The notes under the pieces were generated by a model. The model did no database searches and was not told the origin of the DNA. It worked only from the letters and a program-made list of their open reading frames with translations. Positions 26,177-34,690 of a stretch of 64,000 bases of DNA are shown piece by piece. Each line of letters begins with the position of its first letter. The first letter of the stretch is position 1. Position numbers and translations under genes: made by a program. Source of the DNA: Clostridia bacterium (GTDB taxonomy: Bacteria; Bacillota; Clostridia; TANB77; CAG-465); NCBI GenBank assembly GCA_029256705.1, contig JAQSXK010000010.1, positions 10,317 through 74,316 of the forward strand. The letters are read 5' to 3'.

Positions 26177-29100
26177 GTGAATTATAAATATAACAAAATA
26201 GGTATTTCATTAATTGTATTAGTGATAACAATTATAGTAATAATAATACTTGCAGGAGCTGTTATTTTGACACTATCTGCAAATAATCCAATAAATAGTG
26301 CAAATGAGGCGGTATTTAAGTCAGATTTAGATGCAATTGAATCGGACTTGAGTTTGTACGTATCTAGTGAGTATGCAAATACTACTATGTTTAGTCCAGA
26401 TAATTTAAATGCAGATGATTTATCTGTAGAATATAATGGTACTGTTATTGTTGGCAAAACAATAAAAGATATAATACCTGCATTATCTACTACAAATAAA
26501 TATAATGGGCAATTCGAAGTGGTAAACGGAAAGTTAGTTTATGTAGGAACAGATAGAACAAAAAAAAGATGGGCTCAAGATGTTAATGTAGAAGTTATAG
26601 ATGCAGATAGATTAGATGCAATAATTTCTACAGCAACAACTTTACCAATATCTGCTGGAACAGATGTTGTGGCTACAATAAAAATTTCATCTAACGCTAG
26701 TATAAATAATATAAATTTAACGAGTAAACTAGAGTTATTAGATAAAAATAATGTGTTAGTTCCAGTTCAACCATTATTTGAAATTGGCACACCAACTGGG
26801 ACTGGCTTAGATACATTAAGAACTGTAGATGTAACAATAAAAACAGATACACTTACAGAAGGTATATATAAATTAAAATTGAAAGCGTATAGTATATCTA
26901 ATATATATGATGTGGTAATAGAAACTGATATAGTAACAAGTGAGTTATTTGAAATAGATAATACACCACCAACAAATCCAGAAATGTCAGTTACTCCAAC
27001 TGGATGGACTAATTTAGAGGTATTTGTGTCAATTACATACCCATCAGATAGTGTAGTAAAAGAATATAGTTTAGATGGAATAATATGGAATGTATATACA
27101 AATTCAATAACAGTTAATACAAACAGTACAACAATATATGCAAGATCAACAGATATAGCTGGAAACCAAAGTGGACAAAGTACAATAACTATTGCGAATA
27201 TAGATAGAGAATCACCAACAGTTGTATATGGAACTAATGGTGGAGATGATCTACAAGTGGCAAGTACTACAGTAATAGTAACTGATGTAGGGGTAAGCGG
27301 AGTAGATATGACATCATTGAATTATATTTGGGATACACAAAATACTGTAGAACCTGCTAATGGTTGGATAGTATTTGAAAATGGAAATAATATAACTAAA
27401 TCTGGAATTACAGGTACATATTATTTATGGATAAAGGCTACAGACAATACAGGGAATAGTGTAATAACTAAGTCTAATGCTTTTATAGCAGATAATACTG
27501 CTCCGGAAAATCCAGTTATGTCAGCTTCATATACAGGTTGGACAAACGGAAATGTAAATGTAACAATAACATATTCTTCTGATGCAGCATTAAAAGAATA
27601 TAGTACAGACGCTTCAACATGGAATACATACACAGCTCCAGTTGTAATAAGTACAAATAATACAACAGTATATGCAAGGGCAACAGATGCAAGCGGAAAC
27701 CAAAGTGATCAAAGTACAATGACTATAGCAAATATAGATAAAACATTACCAACAGTAACATTTAGCCCAAGTAATATCGCTATGACAAATAATGATGTTT
27801 CAATATCTGTAAGTGCAGTAGATGCTGGCGGAAGCAATATGAAAAAATGGAGATATAGATTAAGTAGTAATAATGGATCTACATATGGTGATTGGCAAGG
27901 TGTAAATACTGGATATAATCCAACTCAGACTTATACACTTGGTGCTGGTATAACAGTTCCAGTTCTTGTAGGTTTACCTATGAATTTAAAACAAAATCAA
28001 AAATATATGCTAGAATTTGATTATAGTTGCTTAAGCGGTACTAATATATTTAATGTAGATTTGTGGCCAGATGATTTACCAGAGGCACATATAAATGCTA
28101 CTACTGCTTTACAGCATTATATTTGGAATAATATAACTTCTAGTAGTATAAATATGAATACCGCAAATTTAAGAATTTTTAATGATATTATAAGACCAAA
28201 CCCAACAGATGTATATATAAATAATATTAATCTATATCCAAAAGAAACTCATAGTATATTATTAAATAGTACTGGTGATTGGAAAATACAAATAGAAGCA
28301 TATGACAATGCAAATAATAGTTCGATATTTACTTCAAATTTATTTAGTATAGATAAAATAGCACCAACAAATCCAACAATGGCAGCTTCACCTACAGGAT
28401 GGACAAATGGAAACGTAGCAGTTACAATAACATATCCAGGGGATTCTGTAATTAAACAATATAGTTTTGATACAATAACTTGGAATACATATACATCAAC
28501 TGTCACAGTATCTAATAATACAACAGTATATGCAAGAACTAGTGATGCTAGTGGAAACCAAAGTGGACAAAGTACACTAACAGTATCAAATATAGATAAA
28601 GTAGCGCCAACGGTAATAGCTACATATAAAAAAGCAGATACAACATCATACGTTTCAGATTCTTGGACTAATCAATCTGTAACTATTACAGCTGCAGGAA
28701 ATGATGGAAGTGGAAGTGGTGTAAATAGGTACCAAATTACATATGATGGATCAACATATTATGATTTACCAAACGGGACAGTTACACTAAGTACTACTGG
28801 AAGAACTGGGGTTTGGGTGAGAGCTATAGATAATGTAGAAAATATAGGGCCTAATTCATCAACATACTTGGTTGCAATAGATAAATTAGCCCCAACCGTT
28901 TCATATAGCACTAATGGAGCAACAAATGTGCAAGTAGCAAGTACTCAAATAACTGTAAATGATGCTGCTAGTTTAAGTGGATTAAATACATCTAGTTTAC
29001 AATATGTGTGGGATGTACAAAATGTAACTACTCCAACAGTTGGATGGGCAAATTTTACAAATGATTCTATTTTAACAAAATTAGGTGTAACTGGAATATA

Positions 29101-29887
29101 TTATTTATGGATTAAAGCGTCAGATAATGCAGGTAACATTGTTGTTTCAAAATCAAATTCATTTTCGATTGTTTCATATTATGCATTTAGTTATACTGGA
29201 AATTATCAAACTTGGACAGCACCTTCGACTGGTAAAATAAAAATTGAAACTTGGGGTGCTATGGGTGGAACACCTATGGGGGATAATTACTATTCGGGTA
29301 AAGGTGGATACGCGTCAGGTGAATTAAATGTTAATGCAGGAGATTTATTATATCTATATGTAGGTGCATATGGTATTAACGGTGGTTGGAACGGTGGCGG
29401 TAAAAATAGTTATCAAGGTGGAAATAACAATTTTACCGGTGGTGGAGCTTCAGATGTTAGAAAAAACGGTATGGCACTATCAAATAGAATAATAGTTGCA
29501 GGTGGCGGAGGAGCCAGCGGTGGATGGCAATCAAGAGGAGGAGATGGTGGAGGTCTGACTGGTAATAGTGGAACTTCAATATCAACTTATACAGGAAATA
29601 GATTTGGTACAGGTGGAACGCAAGCATCTGGTGGAACTGGAGGAACAAGTACTACTTATTCAAACGGTAATAACGGAATATTAGGAATAGGTGGAGATGC
29701 TTATGCTGCTTCTGGCGGCGGAGGCGGAGGCTATTATGGCGGCGGAGGCGGTACAGGAATCAATGCTGATGATGGTGGCGGCGGAGGCGGCTCATCATAT
29801 ATTGGAGGTGTTCTTAATGGAACAACTAGTATAGGTGCTAATACCGATTTTAATGGTAAAATTTCAATAACATATATAATACCATAA
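26177..29887 (+). CDS. giant paralog P3: pilin-like N-terminal module, Ig-like units and a glycine-rich C-terminal domain
   Basis: A GTG start follows aagaggtga. The N-terminus is VNYKYNKIG-ISLIVLVITIIVIIILAGAVILTL. The C-terminus reads YAFSYTGNYQTWTAPSTGKIKIETWGAMGG...GGGASDVRKNG.ALSNRIIVAGGGG... Confidence 0.88.
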   Translation: MNYKYNKIGISLIVLVITIIVIIILAGAVILTLSANNPINSANEAVFKSDLDAIESDLSLYVSSEYANTTMFSPDNLNADDLSVEYNGTVIVGKTIKDIIPALSTTNKYNGQFEVVNGKLVYVGTDRTKKRWAQDVNVEVIDADRLDAIISTATTLPISAGTDVVATIKISSNASINNINLTSKLELLDKNNVLVPVQPLFEIGTPTGTGLDTLRTVDVTIKTDTLTEGIYKLKLKAYSISNIYDVVIETDIVTSELFEIDNTPPTNPEMSVTPTGWTNLEVFVSITYPSDSVVKEYSLDGIIWNVYTNSITVNTNSTTIYARSTDIAGNQSGQSTITIANIDRESPTVVYGTNGGDDLQVASTTVIVTDVGVSGVDMTSLNYIWDTQNTVEPANGWIVFENGNNITKSGITGTYYLWIKATDNTGNSVITKSNAFIADNTAPENPVMSASYTGWTNGNVNVTITYSSDAALKEYSTDASTWNTYTAPVVISTNNTTVYARATDASGNQSDQSTMTIANIDKTLPTVTFSPSNIAMTNNDVSISVSAVDAGGSNMKKWRYRLSSNNGSTYGDWQGVNTGYNPTQTYTLGAGITVPVLVGLPMNLKQNQKYMLEFDYSCLSGTNIFNVDLWPDDLPEAHINATTALQHYIWNNITSSSINMNTANLRIFNDIIRPNPTDVYINNINLYPKETHSILLNSTGDWKIQIEAYDNANNSSIFTSNLFSIDKIAPTNPTMAASPTGWTNGNVAVTITYPGDSVIKQYSFDTITWNTYTSTVTVSNNTTVYARTSDASGNQSGQSTLTVSNIDKVAPTVIATYKKADTTSYVSDSWTNQSVTITAAGNDGSGSGVNRYQITYDGSTYYDLPNGTVTLSTTGRTGVWVRAIDNVENIGPNSSTYLVAIDKLAPTVSYSTNGATNVQVASTQITVNDAASLSGLNTSSLQYVWDVQNVTTPTVGWANFTNDSILTKLGVTGIYYLWIKASDNAGNIVVSKSNSFSIVSYYAFSYTGNYQTWTAPSTGKIKIETWGAMGGTPMGDNYYSGKGGYASGELNVNAGDLLYLYVGAYGINGGWNGGGKNSYQGGNNNFTGGGASDVRKNGMALSNRIIVAGGGGASGGWQSRGGDGGGLTGNSGTSISTYTGNRFGTGGTQASGGTGGTSTTYSNGNNGILGIGGDAYAASGGGGGGYYGGGGGTGINADDGGGGGGSSYIGGVLNGTTSIGANTDFNGKISITYIIP

Positions 29888-29904
29888 TTATTAAGCGATT
29901 TTAT

Positions 29905-29943
29905 AGTAGAAAAAATTATATTTAATAATATATTTTTTCTACT
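29905..29943 (+). terminator. hairpin after P3
   Basis: A perfect 12-bp stem (agtagaaaaaat / attttttctact). The downstream T tail is weak. Confidence 0.45.
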
Positions 29944-30084
29944 TAGTTATATGTTTAAGTTTCTATATTATTTTTTAATATATTTAGCACTAAATTGAAT
30001 AAACACTTGATATTTTTTTTAATACATTGTAAAATATAAACGTGTAAAATGAATACATAAATAAATTTATAGGAGGATTTAAAA

Positions 30085-30555
30085 ATGAGTAATAAAGGTC
30101 AAAATCAAATGAGGTTAGTAATTTTAGGAGTTGTTCTTGTTATTGCAATAATAGTTGTTATTGTAGCTATTAATAAAAACAATGCAAATTCAGTGAATGA
30201 AGGAAATAAAACAGATAATACAAAAGTAAATTACACAGAAACAAATGATGGAACTAAGGTAAATACAAGTGAAGAAGTATCTCAAGATAAAAATGTTAAA
30301 GGTGTGCTATTAGAACAAAGTAAAATAGTATATACAAATGGAACATCTAAGTTAACATCTAAGGTAACAAACGATAGTACAGCAAAAGATAATTTAAGAT
30401 TTAAAGTAAAATTTATAGCAAATGATGGAACTGTAATGGCAGAAGCTGTAGGATATGTAGGAAAAATAAAAGCAAATGAAACAAAATATATTGATTCATA
30501 CATAACAATAGATACTTCTAATTCAAAAAATGTTACTTATGAAATAATGGAGTAG
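30085..30555 (+). CDS. membrane-anchored small beta-sandwich protein (156 aa), copy 2
   Basis: It differs from copy 1 at 5 of 156 residues (N2S, I9M, D39E, S69N, I98T). The SD and upstream leader are the same. Confidence 0.75.
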   Translation: MSNKGQNQMRLVILGVVLVIAIIVVIVAINKNNANSVNEGNKTDNTKVNYTETNDGTKVNTSEEVSQDKNVKGVLLEQSKIVYTNGTSKLTSKVTNDSTAKDNLRFKVKFIANDGTVMAEAVGYVGKIKANETKYIDSYITIDTSNSKNVTYEIME

Positions 30556-30586
30556 TCAATCAAAATGAACTTTAAGAGGTGAAGTT

Positions 30587-33500
30587 GTGAATTACAAATA
30601 TAATAAAATAGGTATATCATTAATAGTATTGGTTATAACAATAATAGTTATTGTTATTCTTGCAGGTGCTGTTATTTTAACATTATCTGCAAATAATCCA
30701 ATAAATAGTGCGAATGAGTCGGTATTTAAGTCAGATTTAGATGCAATTGAATCGGACTTAAGTTTGTATGTAGCTAGTGAGTATGCAAATACTACTTCGT
30801 TTAGTCCAGATAGTCTAAATGCAGACGATTTATCTGTAGATTATAATGGTAATGTTATTGTAGGTAAAACAATAAAAGATATAATACCTGCATTATCTAC
30901 TACAAATAAATATAATGGGCAATTTGAAGTGGTAAACGGAAAATTAGTTTATGTAGGAACAGATAGAACAAAAAAAAGATGGGCACAGGAAACTAATGTG
31001 GATGTTATAGATGCAGATAGATTAGATGCAATAATTTCTACAACAACAACTTTGCCAATATCTGCAGGAACAGATGTTGTAACTACAATAAAAATTTCAT
31101 CTAATGCTAGTATAAATAATATAAATTTAACAAGTAAACTAGAGTTATTAGATAAAAATAATGTATCAGTTACAGTTCAACCATTATTTGAAATTGGCAG
31201 TCCAACTGGAACTGGGTTAGATACATTAAGAACTGTAGAAGTGACAATAAAAACAGATGGGCTCGCAGAAGGTATATATAAATTAAAATTGAAACCATAT
31301 AGCATATCTAATATATATGATGTAACAAACTCAATAGATATAATTAGTAGTGAATTATTTGAAATAGATAATACGCCACCAACAAATCCAGAAATGTCAT
31401 CTACTCCAACAGGATGGACAGATTTAGATGTTTCAATATCCATAACATATCCATTAGATAGTGTAACAAAAGAATATAGTTTAGATGGTACATCATGGAA
31501 TGTATATACAAATCCAATAACAGTTAATACAAATAATACAACAATATATGCAAGAGCGATAGATATAGCTGGAAATCAAAGTGGACAAAGTACAATAACT
31601 ATTGCAAATATAGATAGAGAATCACCAACAGTTATATTCGGTACAAATGGGGGAAATAATCTACAAGTTGCTAGTACTAAAGTAACAGTAACTGATGTAG
31701 GTGTAAGTAATGTAGATATAACTTCATTAAAGTATATATGGGATACACAAAATGTAGATGAACCAACAGGTCAGTGGAATACATTTGTAAATGGTGAAGT
31801 AATAAATAAAGTAGATTCTAATGGCACATATTATTTATGGATAAAAGCATTAGATAATACAGGAAATAGTGTAACAACTAAATCTAACGCATTTGCTGTA
31901 GATAATATAATTCCTGTAAATCCAACAATGTCAGCAAGTCCTACAGGATGGACAAATGGAAATGTAACAGTAACAATTACATATTCAGCTGATGCAGTTG
32001 TTAAAGAATATAGTACAGATACTTTAACATGGAGTGCATATATAGCACCAGTTGTGATTAGTACAAATAATACAACAGTATATGCAAGAGCTAGTGATGC
32101 TAGTGGAAATCAAAGTGAGCAAAGTACTATGACTGTAGCAAATATAGATAAAGTAATACCAGTAATAACTGCTGAAAATGATGGCTCAACAACATCAAGT
32201 ATAACAGTCAAAGCAACTGCGTCGGATTTAGGTGGAAGTGCACTTAATAACGGTTCATACCAATATTCAAAGGATAATGGTGTTACATGGACGGCACTTA
32301 CTAATGTAACAAGTTATACATTTAGTTCACTAACAACAGGAGCATATCAATGTAAAGTAAAGGTATTGGATAACGCAGGTAACAGTGCTATATCTAATAC
32401 ATTAGGAATATCAACAGTAGCTGTTGGAACGATAACAATGTCAGCAAGTCCAACAACTTGGACAAATGGCAATGTAACTGTAACTATAGCATATCCAGCA
32501 GAAGTTGTAACAAAACAATATAGTTTGAATGGTACAACATGGTCTACATATACATCAGCAGTAATAGTTACAACAAATGGAACATTATATGCTAGGGGAT
32601 ATGATGCAGGAAATAATCAAACAACGCAGGCAACAATAACAATAGCTAATATAGATAAAACGTTACCAGTAGTTTCAAACTCTGTAAGTGGAGGTATGAT
32701 ATTTACAGATCAAAAGTTTCAAAATGGAATAAATAATACTTATGTATATAATAATCTTGGTAATGGTACAGTAACTAATACACGTATTGCAATGGCAGAT
32801 TCACCTACAGGTTCTGGATATGGATTGGAAGTAAGAACAACAGGAACACCATCTCCAGGATGGGGAGGATTCTATTTTGCAAATATGGCATCTGCAAATA
32901 AGGTGTTTATTACGAAAATTATAGCAAGTATACCAGTAGGATATACAATAAATTGGGCTTCAAATGCATTTGGTGATGGTGGTACAATCACATGGTTAAC
33001 ATCTCAAGATGGAACAGGAACTTGGCAAGAATATGTATGTAAAGTTACTTGTGGTCCAACAGGAGCATTTAGTTCAACTAACTTTTATTACTTAACTGGA
33101 GGAGCAACACCAACATCATCCAATCCTTTAGTTTGGAGAGTTGCATACGCAACAGTATTTGATACAACATTATGGAAAACAACAAGTAATGCTATAGTGA
33201 GTGCAACAGATACATCTGGAATAGTAGGATATGGAATAAACCAAAGTAGTGTAACTGCACCTACATTTACAAATATAAGTGCAAGAGTAAACTTTGCAAC
33301 AGTATTTGAAAATATTACTGTAAATGGAACATACTACGTATGGCTAAAAGATCAAGCTGGTAATGTAACAAATACTTCAATTTTAGTAAATTATATTGAT
33401 AATATTGTACCAACTGTAACATATGGAACAAATGGTGGTACAGTAGTAACAGCAAGTACAACTGTTACAATAAATGATACAGGTGGAAGTAATTTAAATA

Positions 33501-34525
33501 CAAGTACATTACAATATGTATGGGATATACAAAATGTAACAACACCAGTATCAGGATGGAATACATTTACCAATGGAACAACAATAACTAATTCTGGTAC
33601 AGGAACTTATTATTTGTGGATAAAAGGATCAGATAATGCAGGAAACAATGTAATTACAAAATCTAATGCTTTTGTAACAGTACCTTCAGTAAACCAGACA
33701 TTTGGTTATAATGGAAGTTATCAAACATGGACAGTACCTTATACTGGAACATATAAACTTGAAGTTTGGGGAGCACAAGGCGGAAACAATTGGAATATTG
33801 TTGGTGGTCTAGGTGCATATAGTAGTGGAAATATAAATTTAACTGCTGGAACTATTCTTTATGTATATGTTGGTGGCCAAAATGGTTATAATGGTGGAGG
33901 AACTGCTGGAACAGGAAGTGCTTGTGAAAATGGTGCAAACGGTGGTGGAGCAACTGACATAAGACTTTCTGGAACGGCTCTTGCTAATAGAATCATAGTA
34001 GCTGGCGGCGGAGGCGGTGCTAGTGGAGGTGGCTCAGGACATTACCAAAATGCTACAGGATATAATGGTGCTTATGGTGGTGGCGGAAGTGGAATTGGTA
34101 TAGGAGCACCTGCTTTATATCACGGTGCCGGAGGATCTGCAGGAGGAACAGGTGCAGGAAATGGAGGATCTGCTTCAGGTGGAGATATAACTAGTATGTC
34201 AACATATGCAAAAGGATACAACGGAGGAAATGGATCACTAGGTCAAGGTGGATCTGGTGGAGGAGTATATGGAGATAGATTAGATTACTATGGCCCAGGC
34301 TCTGGCGGCGGAGGCGGAGGCGGCTACTACGGTGGTGGTGGCGGCGGCGGCGGTGCCGGCTGGTGGGGTTCTAACGGTGGTGCTGGTGGTGGCGGTTCTT
34401 GCTATATTGGTGGTGTAACATCAGGTCAAACAATAGCTGGAAATGCTACAATGCCAGGTACAGCTGGTGGTTCAATAGTTGGAAATAGTGGTAATGGTTA
34501 TGTTAAAATAACTAATGCACCATAA
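30587..34525 (+). CDS. giant paralog P4: pilin-like N-terminal module, Ig-like units, a jelly-roll-like module shared with P1 and an expanded glycine-rich C-terminal domain
   Basis: The GTG start and SD match those of P3. The N-terminal ~500 aa are closely similar to P3. The internal block NSVSGGMIFTDQKF...VWRVAYATVFD parallels P1 ETFSGGAIYDDPTF...VWTVAYANVFD. The C-terminal domain contains G7 and G8 runs. Confidence 0.88.
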   Translation: MNYKYNKIGISLIVLVITIIVIVILAGAVILTLSANNPINSANESVFKSDLDAIESDLSLYVASEYANTTSFSPDSLNADDLSVDYNGNVIVGKTIKDIIPALSTTNKYNGQFEVVNGKLVYVGTDRTKKRWAQETNVDVIDADRLDAIISTTTTLPISAGTDVVTTIKISSNASINNINLTSKLELLDKNNVSVTVQPLFEIGSPTGTGLDTLRTVEVTIKTDGLAEGIYKLKLKPYSISNIYDVTNSIDIISSELFEIDNTPPTNPEMSSTPTGWTDLDVSISITYPLDSVTKEYSLDGTSWNVYTNPITVNTNNTTIYARAIDIAGNQSGQSTITIANIDRESPTVIFGTNGGNNLQVASTKVTVTDVGVSNVDITSLKYIWDTQNVDEPTGQWNTFVNGEVINKVDSNGTYYLWIKALDNTGNSVTTKSNAFAVDNIIPVNPTMSASPTGWTNGNVTVTITYSADAVVKEYSTDTLTWSAYIAPVVISTNNTTVYARASDASGNQSEQSTMTVANIDKVIPVITAENDGSTTSSITVKATASDLGGSALNNGSYQYSKDNGVTWTALTNVTSYTFSSLTTGAYQCKVKVLDNAGNSAISNTLGISTVAVGTITMSASPTTWTNGNVTVTIAYPAEVVTKQYSLNGTTWSTYTSAVIVTTNGTLYARGYDAGNNQTTQATITIANIDKTLPVVSNSVSGGMIFTDQKFQNGINNTYVYNNLGNGTVTNTRIAMADSPTGSGYGLEVRTTGTPSPGWGGFYFANMASANKVFITKIIASIPVGYTINWASNAFGDGGTITWLTSQDGTGTWQEYVCKVTCGPTGAFSSTNFYYLTGGATPTSSNPLVWRVAYATVFDTTLWKTTSNAIVSATDTSGIVGYGINQSSVTAPTFTNISARVNFATVFENITVNGTYYVWLKDQAGNVTNTSILVNYIDNIVPTVTYGTNGGTVVTASTTVTINDTGGSNLNTSTLQYVWDIQNVTTPVSGWNTFTNGTTITNSGTGTYYLWIKGSDNAGNNVITKSNAFVTVPSVNQTFGYNGSYQTWTVPYTGTYKLEVWGAQGGNNWNIVGGLGAYSSGNINLTAGTILYVYVGGQNGYNGGGTAGTGSACENGANGGGATDIRLSGTALANRIIVAGGGGGASGGGSGHYQNATGYNGAYGGGGSGIGIGAPALYHGAGGSAGGTGAGNGGSASGGDITSMSTYAKGYNGGNGSLGQGGSGGGVYGDRLDYYGPGSGGGGGGGYYGGGGGGGGAGWWGSNGGAGGGGSCYIGGVTSGQTIAGNATMPGTAGGSIVGNSGNGYVKITNAP

Positions 34526-34538
34526 TTTAAATTAAAGT

Positions 34539-34573
34539 AAAAGAGTACAGGTTTTTTGAACTTGTACTCTTTT
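34539..34573 (+). terminator. intrinsic terminator after P4
   Basis: An 11-bp stem (aaaagagtaca / tgtactctttt) with a T-rich tail. Confidence 0.75.
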
Positions 34574-34690
34574 AAATAAAATAATAAATACTTTTTATTT
34601 TATTTAATGTTGACAAACCAAAATTATACTGTTATAATAATAACTGCGTTTTAAAAAGAGATTCCATAAATAATTATTTAGGAGGTTGTC

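Larger units (their letters stand above)
25581..29943 (+). repeat. tandem segmental duplication, unit 1 (leader, 156-aa gene and giant gene)
   Basis: The leader, the small gene and the 5' ~1.5 kb of the giant gene are near-identical by eye to 29998-~32150. The 3' parts have diverged or been rearranged. Confidence 0.8.
29998..34573 (+). repeat. tandem segmental duplication, unit 2
   Basis: See unit 1. Similarity starts at aataaacacttgatat (25581 / 29998). Confidence 0.8.

Noticed and set aside
26540-26550. An A8 homopolymer in the head-coding region of P3, and equally in P4 (about 30968-30976), as a possible slipped-strand phase-variation switch. The equivalent tract is A6 in P1 and P2.
   Set aside because: Eight A residues is short for efficient slippage and unremarkable in such an AT-rich genome. 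It encodes the conserved KKR motif. It is worth only a glance in population data.
18150-34525. A diversity-generating retroelement, or an invertible-promoter (shufflon) mechanism, acting on the paralog family.
   Set aside because: No reverse transcriptase, recombinase or invertase gene is present in the window. No template or variable repeat pair with adenine-specific differences is present either. No inverted repeats flank the promoters. The only inverted repeat upstream of P1 (gtaatatt/aatattac, 18004-18044) lies upstream of the promoter, not around it.
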